Part shown: one piece after another, positions 25,715 through 35,878 of the stretch
How the letters are laid out: each line of letters begins with the position of its first letter
Position numbering within the stretch: position 1 is the stretch's first letter
NCBI GenBank assembly: GCA_030647485.1
Contig: JAUSJT010000001.1
Coordinates: 12,947-76,946, forward strand
DNA length: 64,000 nt
Direction of reading: 5' to 3'
Origin: a bacterium
Lineage (GTDB): Bacteria; Patescibacteriota; Minisyncoccia; Minisyncoccales; UBA10102
Program-made: the position numbers and the translations under genes
The notes under the pieces: generated by a model
Told to the model about the DNA's origin: nothing
The model's database searches: none
Seen by the model: only the letters and a program-made list of their open reading frames with translations

Positions 25715-25790
25715 TCTTCTTGAGAAGATGCCCCTAGGGCTTTCTGGTTTCCAGAGAGCCCTCTTTTTCTTTGTGCTATGATAGCGATAT

Positions 25791-26696
25791 ATGCTTGTAG
25801 ATACTCATGGACATGTTAGCTTCCAGGCATTCAAAGATGATGCGGATGTTGTGTTGAAACGCGCGCTCCAGAATAATACCTGGGTCATTATGCCAGGAAC
25901 GCAGTTTTCTACCTCTCAAAAAGCGGTAGAAATGGCAGGGCACTATCCGGAAGGAGTATATGTCGCTATAGGTCTTCATCCCATTCATTTAGCAGAGAAG
26001 CGCAGGGTTGATGTGCTGGAGGTACAGTCAGAAAATGTTCAAAAGCAAGATTGGATGGTTTTTGAGACAAAGGCGGAGGAATTTGACTATGAAAAGTACA
26101 AAACTCTTGGTCAAAGTAAAAAGGTGGTGGCAATAGGGGAATTCGGCTTGGATTACTATTACGAACCCAAGAGCAAGGCACAACGGGAAGCCCAAAGAAT
26201 GCAGCAGAAAACCACGCTAGCCCTGCAGCTTAAGTTGGCTGAAGAACTGCAGTTACCCATAATTCTCCATTGCCGCAAGGCGCATGAGGATCTCCTAGAA
26301 ATACTGCAGGCAAGAAAGCAGAAGATGAGAGGGGTTGTTCATTGCTATACCGGAGATCTTAAGCAGGCAGAACAGTTTTACAACTTGGGGTTATACTTTG
26401 GATTCAATGGATTAATCTTTAAAGATGTGCCAGCGCTTCCAAATCCAGAAGAGATCATCTCGTCAATTCCTCTTGACAGGATTGTTCTTGAAACCGATTC
26501 GCCATACTTGGTCCCGCCTTTGGCTCGCCATAGTCCCGATGGAAAGAGGGACGAAGGCGGCCCACCCGTAGAACGCAATGAGCCCTTGTTTGTAAGGTAT
26601 ATTGCAGAAGAGATTGCCCGCATCAAAAAGATAAGTGTTGAGGAAGTGGCAAAAGTAACCACTCAAAACGCCAAGACTCTTTTTGGGCTTAAGTAA
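25791..26696 (+). CDS. tatD: TatD-family metal-dependent DNase/hydrolase
   Basis: MLVDTHGHV, IGEFGLDYYY, ILHCRKAHED, HCYTGD, LETDSPYL. Confidence 0.9.
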   Translation: MLVDTHGHVSFQAFKDDADVVLKRALQNNTWVIMPGTQFSTSQKAVEMAGHYPEGVYVAIGLHPIHLAEKRRVDVLEVQSENVQKQDWMVFETKAEEFDYEKYKTLGQSKKVVAIGEFGLDYYYEPKSKAQREAQRMQQKTTLALQLKLAEELQLPIILHCRKAHEDLLEILQARKQKMRGVVHCYTGDLKQAEQFYNLGLYFGFNGLIFKDVPALPNPEEIISSIPLDRIVLETDSPYLVPPLARHSPDGKRDEGGPPVERNEPLFVRYIAEEIARIKKISVEEVAKVTTQNAKTLFGLK

Positions 26697-26739
26697 AACT
26701 TAGAGTGAAACTTAACTCGGTTAAGTTTAGTAATCTTTT

Positions 26740-26761
26740 TAGCATTGCCATGGCAATGCTA
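26740..26761. repeat. 22-nt perfect palindrome TAGCATTGCCATGGCAATGCTA
   Basis: Read directly from the sequence. The core CATTGCCATGGCA(A/G)TG recurs at 47603-47618. An AAACTTAAC-TCG-GTTAAGTTT hairpin lies at 26708-26728. Confidence 0.8.
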
Positions 26762-26845
26762 GAGAGATGGGGTATTTGGGTTGATTTATGTTATATCATT
26801 TAGAATAGACAAAAAGAGGGAGATTGGGTACAATCAGATATCCAA

Positions 26846-29254
26846 ATGGAACAGTATATCCCTGAAAAAATTGAGAAGAAATGGAGGGGAGTTTGGGAGC
26901 GGAAAAAACTCTGGAAGGTTGATATAAAGAAGGCAAAACGCCCCTACTACAATCTCATGATGTTCCCGTATCCTTCGGCTGAAGGATTGCATGTGGGGAA
27001 CGTATATGCATTCACTGGCTCTGACATCCACGGAAAGTTCCAGAGGATGCAGGGTTTTGACGTATTTGAGCCCATGGGTTTTGATGCTTTTGGCATTCAT
27101 TCTGAAAACTTTGCCATTAAAAAAGGAGTGCATCCTAAGGTGCAGACCGCAAAGAACATCAAGCATTTTACCGAACAGTTAAAGCAACTAGGTTCGCTCT
27201 TTGCGTGGGATCATGCGCTGACAACTTCAGAGCCCGAGTATTATAAATGGACCCAGTGGTTGTTTTTACAACTGTATAAAGCGGGATTAGCATACAGGGC
27301 TAAGGCCCCAGTTGACTGGTGTCCCTCATGTAAGACCGTGCTTGCAGACGAGCAGGTCATCAACGGGAAATGCGAGCGATGCTCATCTGAAGTACTCCAA
27401 AAAGAAACAGAGCAGTGGTTTTTTAAGATTACCAAGTATGCAGATAGGTTATTAAAGAATTTAGAGACGATTGACTGGTCAGAACGCACCAAAATTGCCC
27501 AGAAGAATTGGATAGGAAAATCTGAAGGTGCACAACTTAAGTTTCCAGTGAAAAATTCAAACGCAAAAATTGAAGTATTCACCACGAGACCAGACACCCT
27601 CTTTGGGGCAACTTATATGGTATTGGCTCCAGAGCATAAGTTTGTAGACGAACTCAAAGCTCAAATCGTGAATTGGGGAGAGGTGCAAGTATATAGAGAT
27701 GCGGCAAAAAAGAAAAGCGAACTAGAACGCGCAGAGTTTGCAAAAGAAAAGAGCGGAGTAGAATTGAAGGGAGTGAGGGCAATTAACCCTGCTTCGAAAG
27801 AAGAAATCCCAGTGTTTATTGCGGATTATGTATTAGCTTCGTATGGGACTGGGGTTATTATGGCAGTTCCAGCTCATGACGAACGCGATTTTGAATTTGC
27901 AAAAAAGTATGGTCTTGCGATTACCATTGTTGTATGCCCGCACTATCCAGAAAAAACGTGTCCAATTCTCGATAAGGCATACGTTGGCGAGGGCCATTTG
28001 GTTGGGTCAGGGCAGTTTGACGGCATGTCTTCTGAAAAAGCACGGCAGGAGATTACAAAGTTTGTGGGAGGGGAAAAGACCGAAAGATATCACCTTCGCG
28101 ACTGGCTTATTTCCCGCCAGCGCTATTGGGGTCCTCCAATACCAATTATCTATTGCGCAAAGTGTGGAACGGTTCCGGTGCCGGAGAAAGACCTTCCAGT
28201 AAAGCTTCCTTTTGTGAAAGAATACCGTCCCGAAGGCACAGGGAAGTCTCCCTTGGCTTCCGTATCTAGTTTTGTGAATACAAAATGCCCGCAGTGCAAA
28301 GGTAAAGCTGAAAGAGAGACTGACGTATCAGACACATTCTTGGATTCTGCGTGGTATTTCTTCAGATATCCTTCTTCTGATTACAAGAAAGGGCCCTTTG
28401 ATGAGGGTATTACCAAAAAATGGCTGCCAGTGGATATGTATATTGGAGGACAAGAGCATGCAGTGTTGCACCTGCTGTATACGAGGTTTATCACCATGGT
28501 ATTGCACGACCTCGGCTTTGCCGACTTTGAAGAGCCATTCAAGAAGTTCCGCGCGCATGGCCTCTTAACAAAAGACGGAGCTAAAATGTCTAAGTCCAAG
28601 GGCAACGTGGTAAACCCGGATGAATACTTTGTAAAGTACGGAGCAGACACGGTGCGCATGTATTTAATGTTCATTGGTCCTCTGGCCGAAGCAGGAGACT
28701 GGTCAGACAAAGGCATTGTGGGCATTTTCAGATTTTTGAACAGGGTGTGGACATTAGCGCAGGAGATGAAGAGGGAGAAACCGAAGGGGAAGGGATTGGA
28801 AACGGTGCGCCACAAAACCATCAAAAAAGTCACAGAAGATATCCAGAACCTTAGGTACAACACTGCGATTGCAGTCCTCATGGAATATCTCAATGAAATC
28901 TTGGGAAAGAAAACGGAAGCTTCCTTGGAAGATCTCGAAACGCTGCTTATTCTTTTAGCTCCCTTTGCTCCGCATGTTCCAGAGGAGCTTTGGAACCAAT
29001 TAGGGCATAAAGACAGCGTGCATAACCAGCCGTGGCCTAAGTATGATCCAAAGCTTGTCCAAGAAGAAAAAATTCGCCTCGTGGTGCAAATAAATGGCAA
29101 AGTGCGGGATATTATTGAGGTTCAAGCAGGCATTTCCGAACAAGAAGCAAAAGAATTGGCTTTAAAAAATGAAAAAATCCAAAAATGGTTGCAAGGAAAG
29201 TTGCCAAAGCGTGTAATCTTTGTACCAGAGCGATTAATCAATATAGTGGCGTAA
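26846..29254 (+). CDS. leuS: Leucyl-tRNA synthetase
   Basis: 802 aa. FPYPSAEGLHVGNVYAF (HIGH-like), KMSKSKGN, and CP1 editing-domain motifs (TTRPDTLFGATYMVLAPEH). Confidence 0.95.
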   Translation: MEQYIPEKIEKKWRGVWERKKLWKVDIKKAKRPYYNLMMFPYPSAEGLHVGNVYAFTGSDIHGKFQRMQGFDVFEPMGFDAFGIHSENFAIKKGVHPKVQTAKNIKHFTEQLKQLGSLFAWDHALTTSEPEYYKWTQWLFLQLYKAGLAYRAKAPVDWCPSCKTVLADEQVINGKCERCSSEVLQKETEQWFFKITKYADRLLKNLETIDWSERTKIAQKNWIGKSEGAQLKFPVKNSNAKIEVFTTRPDTLFGATYMVLAPEHKFVDELKAQIVNWGEVQVYRDAAKKKSELERAEFAKEKSGVELKGVRAINPASKEEIPVFIADYVLASYGTGVIMAVPAHDERDFEFAKKYGLAITIVVCPHYPEKTCPILDKAYVGEGHLVGSGQFDGMSSEKARQEITKFVGGEKTERYHLRDWLISRQRYWGPPIPIIYCAKCGTVPVPEKDLPVKLPFVKEYRPEGTGKSPLASVSSFVNTKCPQCKGKAERETDVSDTFLDSAWYFFRYPSSDYKKGPFDEGITKKWLPVDMYIGGQEHAVLHLLYTRFITMVLHDLGFADFEEPFKKFRAHGLLTKDGAKMSKSKGNVVNPDEYFVKYGADTVRMYLMFIGPLAEAGDWSDKGIVGIFRFLNRVWTLAQEMKREKPKGKGLETVRHKTIKKVTEDIQNLRYNTAIAVLMEYLNEILGKKTEASLEDLETLLILLAPFAPHVPEELWNQLGHKDSVHNQPWPKYDPKLVQEEKIRLVVQINGKVRDIIEVQAGISEQEAKELALKNEKIQKWLQGKLPKRVIFVPERLINIVA

Positions 29255-29257
29255 GCT

Positions 29258-31084
29258 ATGTGCGGCATCATTGGATACATTGGGAAGGAAAACGCGACGC
29301 CCCTTCTATTTGAGGGTCTACGCAGAGAAAGCTACCGCGGGTATGACTCCTCCGGCATTGTTGTATTTGAAGAGCAGGCAACTCATTATGTGAGAGCGGT
29401 AGGGAAGTTGGAGAAATTAGAAGAGAAGTTCGCAAACAATCCTTTCTCTGGGAATATCGGAGTAGGTCACTCGAGATGGGCGACTCATGGAAACGTTACC
29501 GAAGCAAATGCGCATCCCCATGCAGACTGCAAACAAAATATTTTTGTGGTTCATAACGGCATCATTGAAAATTATGCAGCCCTCAAAGAGAAGCTTGAAA
29601 AAAAGGGACATCGTTTTACCTCTCAAACTGACACAGAAGTCCTTCCCCATCTTATAGAGCATTTCTTCAAAGGAAACCTCGAAGAGGCGGTTCAAAAAAC
29701 TCTTCAACTTGTGAAGGGAACCTATGGGCTCGCCGTCATCGCAAAAGAAGATCCCGAAAAAATCGTAGCCGCGCGCCTTTCAAGCCCCCTGGTTATTTCA
29801 GTGAATAGCGGAGGAGGTTTTGTTGCTTCAGATCCTGCGGCCCTCCTTTCTCATTCCAATAAAATGATTTTTCTCGACGACAAAGAAATTGCCGTGGTTC
29901 AGTCAGACAACTTTAGGGTGACGGACATGTACAACAAACCCAAAGAGAAGGAAATTGTAGAGCTTGAATGGACCCTGGAAGAAGCGCAGAAAGGAGGCTA
30001 TCCCTACTTCATGCTTAAAGAAATCATTGAACAGTCAGAAAGCGTCAAAAACAGCATGAGGGGAAGAATTCTTACGGAAGAAGGAAGGGCAAAACTGGGA
30101 GGGCTCCAACAGGTAGAAAAACAGCTTCGCGATATTAAGCGTCTCAACATTATTGCCTGCGGCACCTCATATCATGCAGGATTAGTGGGGGAGTATATGC
30201 TTGAAGAATACGCAGGGATCCCAACCGATGTTGATTTCGCCTCGGAATTCCGTTACCGAAAGCCCATTATTGATAAAGAGACTGCATTTGTTTTTATCTC
30301 GCAGTCGGGAGAAACAGCCGATACCTTAGCAGCGCTCAAGGAAGTCAAAGAAAAAGGCGGACTGACACTTGGCATTGTCAATGTGGTCGGTTCTTCGATT
30401 GCAAGGGAAACCGATGCCGGGGCGTACAATCACGCGGGTCCTGAAATCGGAGTTGCTTCCACCAAAGCATTTACGTCGCAGCTTACGGTCCTTTCGCTTC
30501 TTTGTTTGTTCCTTGGCAGGCAGAGACAGATGTCTTTGGTGATGGGCCAGCGCATCGCAAAAGAACTTGCAAGAATTCCCGAACTGATTCCCCAGATTCT
30601 TTCTGGCGCCGACAACATAGAAAAACTTGCTCAAAAATATCGCGATGCCAGGAACTTTTTATACGTCGGCCGGAAATATAACTATCCCGTTGCATTGGAA
30701 GGAGCGCTTAAGCTCAAAGAGATTTCATACATTCATGCCGAAGGATACGGCGCAGGAGAAATGAAGCATGGTCCTATTGCTTTGATTGACGAAAATTTTC
30801 CAACTATTGCCCTTTGTCCTTCAGACAGCGTGTACGAAAAGATGGTTTCCAATATTCAGGAAATCAAGGCAAGAAACGGGAAGGTTATTGCTATTGCAAC
30901 AGAAGGGAATGAGGACATCCGAAAGATAGCAGACGACGTTATCTATATCCCCAAAATCTTTGAGATGCTTACCCCTATTTTAACAACGATCCCCCTTCAG
31001 CTGTTCGCATACTATATAGGAGTGTTAAAGGGTAATGACGTAGATAAGCCCCGAAACCTTGCAAAAAGCGTAACCGTAGAATAA
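29258..31084 (+). CDS. glmS: Glutamine--fructose-6-phosphate aminotransferase
   Basis: MCGIIGYIG N-terminal nucleophile, two SIS domains, and the C-terminal NLAKSVTVE. Confidence 0.95.
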   Translation: MCGIIGYIGKENATPLLFEGLRRESYRGYDSSGIVVFEEQATHYVRAVGKLEKLEEKFANNPFSGNIGVGHSRWATHGNVTEANAHPHADCKQNIFVVHNGIIENYAALKEKLEKKGHRFTSQTDTEVLPHLIEHFFKGNLEEAVQKTLQLVKGTYGLAVIAKEDPEKIVAARLSSPLVISVNSGGGFVASDPAALLSHSNKMIFLDDKEIAVVQSDNFRVTDMYNKPKEKEIVELEWTLEEAQKGGYPYFMLKEIIEQSESVKNSMRGRILTEEGRAKLGGLQQVEKQLRDIKRLNIIACGTSYHAGLVGEYMLEEYAGIPTDVDFASEFRYRKPIIDKETAFVFISQSGETADTLAALKEVKEKGGLTLGIVNVVGSSIARETDAGAYNHAGPEIGVASTKAFTSQLTVLSLLCLFLGRQRQMSLVMGQRIAKELARIPELIPQILSGADNIEKLAQKYRDARNFLYVGRKYNYPVALEGALKLKEISYIHAEGYGAGEMKHGPIALIDENFPTIALCPSDSVYEKMVSNIQEIKARNGKVIAIATEGNEDIRKIADDVIYIPKIFEMLTPILTTIPLQLFAYYIGVLKGNDVDKPRNLAKSVTVE

Positions 31085-32119
31085 ATGAAACTTTTTGAAT
31101 ATCAAGGGAAGGATTTATTTAAAAAATATGGCATTCAGGTGCCACACTCTGTTCTGCTTGATAAGCCCATGGAGGGAATTTCTTTGGGTTTTCCAGTGGT
31201 GGCAAAGTCGCAGGTGCTATCCGGCGACAGGAAAAAGAAAGGAGGAATTCGAATTATTGAGACGAAAGAACAACTTCCAGGAGAACTGAATACCCTATTC
31301 AAGACAGAAATTGATGGAGCTCTTCCGGGGCACGTGCTAGTGGAAGAAAGAATTGAGTATTTAAAAGAATGGTATGTGAGTTTTACCTATGATACAGACA
31401 AGAGATGTCCTGTAATCGCTGTTTCGGGAAAAGGAGGAATGGGCGTTGATTCTGCAACGATCGTTGAGCTCCAGTGGCTGCAGGGTCACTGGGGATTGCC
31501 CTCTTTAGATGCCCCCTTTAGGGAAGTTGCCCAGAAGTTGTTAAATCTTTTTGAGCAAGAACACGCATTGCTTGCAGAGATAAACCCACTGTTTGAATTA
31601 GATAATGGCGTTTTCATAGCAGGAGACGCAAAAGTTATTTTAGACGATAACGTCGTTGATCCTTTATTTCGTCCCTTTCTGGACTTGCCAGGAGATATCG
31701 CAATCTTAGCTTCAGGAGGAGGGGCTTCCCTTATCAATTTAGACGCATTAATCTTAGCAGGAGGAAAGCCGGCAAACTATGTTGAATATTCTGGAAACCC
31801 TCCTGCTTCTATAGTAGAAGAATTGACAGTAAAAGTTTTATCAAAGCCGGGGCTAAGAGGTTGCTGGACAGTTGGGGGAACTGCTAACTTCACCGATATT
31901 TTTGAAACTCTTTCTGGGTTTGTGCGGGGGCTTCGTAGAGTAACTCCAAAGCCAACCTATCCCATTGTGATTCGTCGAGATGGCCCACGCCAAAAGGAGG
32001 CGTTTGAGATGCTTGAGCGGATTGCGAAAGAAGAAGGATATGATTTTCATATCTTTGGTCCCGAAACCCCTATGGCAGAATCCGCAAAAATTGTAGTACA
32101 GTTAGCGTACAAGTCATGA
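31085..32119 (+). CDS. Succinyl-CoA synthetase beta-like ATP-grasp subunit (citryl-CoA synthetase / ACL small-subunit-like)
   Basis: MKLFEYQGKDLFKKYGIQVP is a typical SucC/AclB N-terminus. C-terminal CoA-ligase domain. At 344 aa it is shorter than SucC. Confidence 0.8.
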   Translation: MKLFEYQGKDLFKKYGIQVPHSVLLDKPMEGISLGFPVVAKSQVLSGDRKKKGGIRIIETKEQLPGELNTLFKTEIDGALPGHVLVEERIEYLKEWYVSFTYDTDKRCPVIAVSGKGGMGVDSATIVELQWLQGHWGLPSLDAPFREVAQKLLNLFEQEHALLAEINPLFELDNGVFIAGDAKVILDDNVVDPLFRPFLDLPGDIAILASGGGASLINLDALILAGGKPANYVEYSGNPPASIVEELTVKVLSKPGLRGCWTVGGTANFTDIFETLSGFVRGLRRVTPKPTYPIVIRRDGPRQKEAFEMLERIAKEEGYDFHIFGPETPMAESAKIVVQLAYKS

Positions 32120-33015
32120 GTATTCTTATTGATGAAAATACAAAAGTTTTGATTCAGGGAATCACAGGGAAAGAGGGGTCGAGAGCCTGCAAAGAGATGA
32201 TCTCCTATGGTACAAAAGTTCTAGCTGGAGTTACGCCGGGGAAGGAGGGCATGAACACCGAAGAAGGCGTGCCTGTGTTCAATACCGTACGAGAAGCTCT
32301 TGCACAGTTTCCAGAAATCAATACCTCGCTTATTGTGGTCCCGGCTAAATTTGCGCTTTCTGCCGTAAAAGAATCAATTGATGCGCGGGTACCCCTTATA
32401 AATATTCTTACGGAGAAAGTGCCGGTAGCAGACGTTGCGGTAATGATTGCGTTTGCAAGAGAAGTTGGAGTGCGGGTTATAGGACCGAGCTCTGTGGGGA
32501 TTATATCCCCAGGGAAAGTAAAGATTGGGAGCATTGGAAGCGGGGATATTGCGAGCAGAATTTTTATTCCAGGACAGGTTGGAGTAATTTCTAAAAGCGG
32601 AGGTATGACCGCAGAACTCTCAAGAATTCTAACCGATGCAGGAGTTGGGCAAAGCACGGTGCTTGGAATTGGAGGAGACTTGCTTTGCGGTTCTGATTTT
32701 GTGGACATCGCCAAGCTTTTTGAACAAGATAGACAAACTAAAGCCGTCGTGATATTTGGAGAAGTGGGGGGAACATATGAGGAGAAACTTGCCGATGCGA
32801 TAACACAGCGGCAAATAACAAAACCAGTTATCGCGCTTATAGCAGGAAGATTCGCAGAAACCTTGCCACAGGATACCGTATTGGGCCATGCGGGTGCCAT
32901 TGTAAGTAAGGGAAGAGGATCTGCCGCTTCAAAGATTAAGGCGTTGAAAGAAGCTGGAGCCTTAATCGCCCAAACTCCAGAAGATATTCCGAATTTAGTA
33001 AAGCAAGTAGTATGA
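32116..33015 (+). CDS. Succinyl-CoA synthetase alpha-like subunit (CoA-binding + phosphohistidine loop)
   Basis: VLIQGITGKEGSRACKEM and GHAGAIVSKGRGSAASKIKAL (catalytic His loop). Confidence 0.85.
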   Translation: MSILIDENTKVLIQGITGKEGSRACKEMISYGTKVLAGVTPGKEGMNTEEGVPVFNTVREALAQFPEINTSLIVVPAKFALSAVKESIDARVPLINILTEKVPVADVAVMIAFAREVGVRVIGPSSVGIISPGKVKIGSIGSGDIASRIFIPGQVGVISKSGGMTAELSRILTDAGVGQSTVLGIGGDLLCGSDFVDIAKLFEQDRQTKAVVIFGEVGGTYEEKLADAITQRQITKPVIALIAGRFAETLPQDTVLGHAGAIVSKGRGSAASKIKALKEAGALIAQTPEDIPNLVKQVV

Positions 33016-33728
33016 AATTTAAAACAAAGATAAGCGAGACAAAGGACGGAAAACATCTCGTACGCGGGCATGATCTGATTGACCTTATCAAAACCCGCAC
33101 GTTTGTTGAAGTGATTTTTCTGTTGCTAAGGGGAGTCTTGCCTAACGAAAAAGAAAAGGTATTGTTCGATGTGATGCTGGTAGCTTCTGTAGAGAATGGC
33201 ATTGAGGCTCCTTCTGTATATGTTCCTCGTATTGTGGCGGCAAGTGGGAACAACGCCCACGTTGCTTTGGCTGCAGGCATGCTTTCCATTGGGGAGAAGC
33301 ATGGCGGAGCGGCAGAAGAGGCAGCTCAATTCTTCAAAGACCATGAGGATGAAAAAGCTGTAGATATTATAGAAGAACATAGGAATGATATTATCCCTGG
33401 CTTTGGCCATAAGATATATAAGGAAGAAGATCCTCGAGCGAAAGCACTATACGAAAAAGCAAAAGAGTTGGATTTTTCTTGCAGATATTTTGACTTGGCA
33501 TACCAGATTGGAAAAGAATTAGCTAGCAAGAAAGGCAAGGAGCTGCCTTTAAATATTGATGGAGCTATTGCATGCATTATGCTAGAACTTGGATTTGATG
33601 TAAAACTTGGCAAGTCCCTCTTTCTTATTTCCAGAATCGTAGGAATGTCTGCTCATGTATTAGAGGAAATGAATCAGAACAACAGCTACTACCGCCTTGA
33701 AGAAGGAGATGTTACCTATGAAAAATAA
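33012..33728 (+). CDS. Short citrate-synthase-like protein (citryl-CoA lyase-like)
   Basis: GFGHKIYKEEDPRAKAL citrate-synthase signature. Only 238 aa, corresponding to the citrate-synthase C-terminal region. Translationally coupled to the two upstream genes. Confidence 0.75.
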   Translation: MKFKTKISETKDGKHLVRGHDLIDLIKTRTFVEVIFLLLRGVLPNEKEKVLFDVMLVASVENGIEAPSVYVPRIVAASGNNAHVALAAGMLSIGEKHGGAAEEAAQFFKDHEDEKAVDIIEEHRNDIIPGFGHKIYKEEDPRAKALYEKAKELDFSCRYFDLAYQIGKELASKKGKELPLNIDGAIACIMLELGFDVKLGKSLFLISRIVGMSAHVLEEMNQNNSYYRLEEGDVTYEK

Positions 33729-34665
33729 GAATGTTGTGGTGATTGGAGGGGGGACTGGAACCTATACCGTGCTTTCTGGCCTAAAAAAATATCCAGTGAA
33801 TTTAACTGCCATTGTTTCTATGGCAGACGATGGCGGTTCTACAAAACTATTGAGGGAGGAATTCGGCATCTTGCCACCGGGTTCCGTTCGCCCCGCATTA
33901 ATTGCGCTTTCCAACGCCCCCCAAACGTTAGCCGAGCTTTTTAATTTCAGATTTCATAGGGGAAGTCTGAACGGGCACAACTTTGGAAATCTTTTCATTA
34001 CCGCGTTGACAGAGCATTTCGGAAGTTTTGAAAAGGCCCTTGAAGAAGCGGGAAAGATTCTCAAGATTCAGGGGCAAGTGATTCCTTCAACCCTTCAGCG
34101 AGTCCGTCTCGTTGCGGAGCTTGAAAATGGTAAGATTGTTCAGGGAGAAACAAATGTTGATGTCCCCAAGCACGATGGAACCCTGCGTATTAAAAAAATA
34201 TGGCTACAGCCTCCAGGAAAAGCAAATCCAAGGGCAGTTCGAGCATTAAAAGAAGCGCATCTTATAGTCGTAGGACCAGGAGATGTGTTTTCGAGTATTC
34301 TCCCCAATTTTTTAGTACAAGGGATGAAGGGATCTTTTCAAAGAAGTAAGGCAAAGAAAGTATACGTATGTAATATTATGACAAAGTTTGGAGAGACTAC
34401 GCATTTTCGCGCAGAAAGCTTTCTTAATACGATGGAGAAATATATTGGGGAGGGAGTTTTCGACTACATAATCTTGAATACCAAGAAGCCCCCTGTAGAA
34501 CGCGTGAAGAAATATGAAAAGGAAAAAGCAGAATTTGTTGAAGGGAACCCTAAAGAATTTAAAGGGAGAGATTTTACGATTATACGAAAGGATTTTCTGC
34601 GTAAAACAGGGTTTATTCGCCACGACCCAGATAAATTAGCAAAAGCATTAATCTCGATTTTTTAG
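33718..34665 (+). CDS. YvcK/CofD-family protein (gluconeogenesis factor / 2-phospho-L-lactate transferase-like)
   Basis: NVVVIGGGTGTYTVLSGLK, SMADDGGSTKLLR, GPGDVFSSILPNFLV. SD GAAGGAG before the ATG at 33718. Confidence 0.85.
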   Translation: MKNKNVVVIGGGTGTYTVLSGLKKYPVNLTAIVSMADDGGSTKLLREEFGILPPGSVRPALIALSNAPQTLAELFNFRFHRGSLNGHNFGNLFITALTEHFGSFEKALEEAGKILKIQGQVIPSTLQRVRLVAELENGKIVQGETNVDVPKHDGTLRIKKIWLQPPGKANPRAVRALKEAHLIVVGPGDVFSSILPNFLVQGMKGSFQRSKAKKVYVCNIMTKFGETTHFRAESFLNTMEKYIGEGVFDYIILNTKKPPVERVKKYEKEKAEFVEGNPKEFKGRDFTIIRKDFLRKTGFIRHDPDKLAKALISIF

Positions 34666-34669
34666 CAAT

Positions 34670-35878
34670 ATGCAAGCTGTAATCATTGCGGCAGGGGAAT
34701 CATCTCGATTCTGGCCCCTCAATAGAGAACACAAATCTCAAATCCGGCTTTTGGGCAGACCTATTATCTATTGGACAATAAAAGGATTAGCCGAAAGAGG
34801 CATTAAAGATATTATTGTGGTGTGCAGCAAGGACTCTACAATGCCCGCCATGCTTAAAGCAGAAAATAATCTTGGGATAAAACTTTCTTTTGCGATCCAA
34901 GAAGAACGCCAGGGAACTGGAAATGCCTTGTGGCAGGCAAAAGATTTCATCACAGAGCCCTTCTTTGTCGTGTGGCCTAGCAAGGTAACTTCAGGAGATT
35001 TGGTGCAGAAGATTCTTGAAAAACAAAAACAGGAGAGCGCAGAGATTGTACTGGTGGGGACAAAAACCTCTACCCCTTGGGATTATGGGGTAGCAAGAAT
35101 GGAGGGGGAGAATGTGAAAGAGATTGTAGAAAATCCAAAACCAGGGGAAGAGCCCTCTAACATTAAAATTATTGGATTCTATTTTCTGCAGCCAGACTTC
35201 TTTTCGTATTATGAAAAACTTCCTCGGCATCACGAAGCAGACCTTATTGATGCTTTGAATCTTTATCTTAAGGAGAAACGAGCTTCTTTGGTATCTATGG
35301 AAAAGGATATGCCCGCACTCAAATACCCATGGGAGTTATTCGGGATTTTGGATCTTCTTTTGCATCTTCAAAGCGGAAAGCAGATGATTGCGTCTTCTGC
35401 AAAGATAGGAGAAGGTACGGTGATAGAGGGGTCAGTGTATATTGGAGAGGATTGCGTGATTGGTCCCTACAATGTACTGCGAGGACCATTGAATCTTGAA
35501 CGAGGAGTAAAAACAAGAGCGTTCTGCGAAATAAAACATTCTGTTGCGCAAGAGGGAACGCATTTCCATTCAGGATATATTGGAGACTCTATTATAGGGA
35601 AAGATTGCCGTTTCGGCGCCGGGGTTATTACTGCGAATCGAAGATTAGATAGGGGAACGATTAACGCGGCCGTGAAAGAAAAGAAGGTAGATACCGGCCT
35701 TACTTCTTTGGGGGCAGTCATTGGAAACGAAGCTCAATTTGGCATTCATTCAGGAACCATGCCAGGAGTTTTTATTGGATCTCAATGCGTTATAGGTCCT
35801 GGAACTCTTGTGTTCAAGAATATGCAAGATCGCGCCCGCCTTTTTACAAAGTTCCAGAACGAGAGTTTAAACGGGTGA
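34670..35878 (+). CDS. Sugar-phosphate nucleotidyltransferase with C-terminal left-handed beta-helix (archaeal GlmU-like)
   Basis: MQAVIIAAGESSRFWPL nucleotidyltransferase motif and hexapeptide repeats in the C-terminal third. Near glmS. Confidence 0.8.
   Translation: MQAVIIAAGESSRFWPLNREHKSQIRLLGRPIIYWTIKGLAERGIKDIIVVCSKDSTMPAMLKAENNLGIKLSFAIQEERQGTGNALWQAKDFITEPFFVVWPSKVTSGDLVQKILEKQKQESAEIVLVGTKTSTPWDYGVARMEGENVKEIVENPKPGEEPSNIKIIGFYFLQPDFFSYYEKLPRHHEADLIDALNLYLKEKRASLVSMEKDMPALKYPWELFGILDLLLHLQSGKQMIASSAKIGEGTVIEGSVYIGEDCVIGPYNVLRGPLNLERGVKTRAFCEIKHSVAQEGTHFHSGYIGDSIIGKDCRFGAGVITANRRLDRGTINAAVKEKKVDTGLTSLGAVIGNEAQFGIHSGTMPGVFIGSQCVIGPGTLVFKNMQDRARLFTKFQNESLNG

Noticed and set aside
32205-33071. 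288-aa ORF antisense to the SucD-like gene. Other long antisense ORFs occur at 28381-29100, 39984-40562, 44668-45375, 15420-15959 and 37030-37482.
   Set aside because: Each lies entirely opposite a confidently identified gene. Their translations are low-complexity (Ser/Pro/Ala/Thr-rich) with no motifs. They are typical shadow ORFs.
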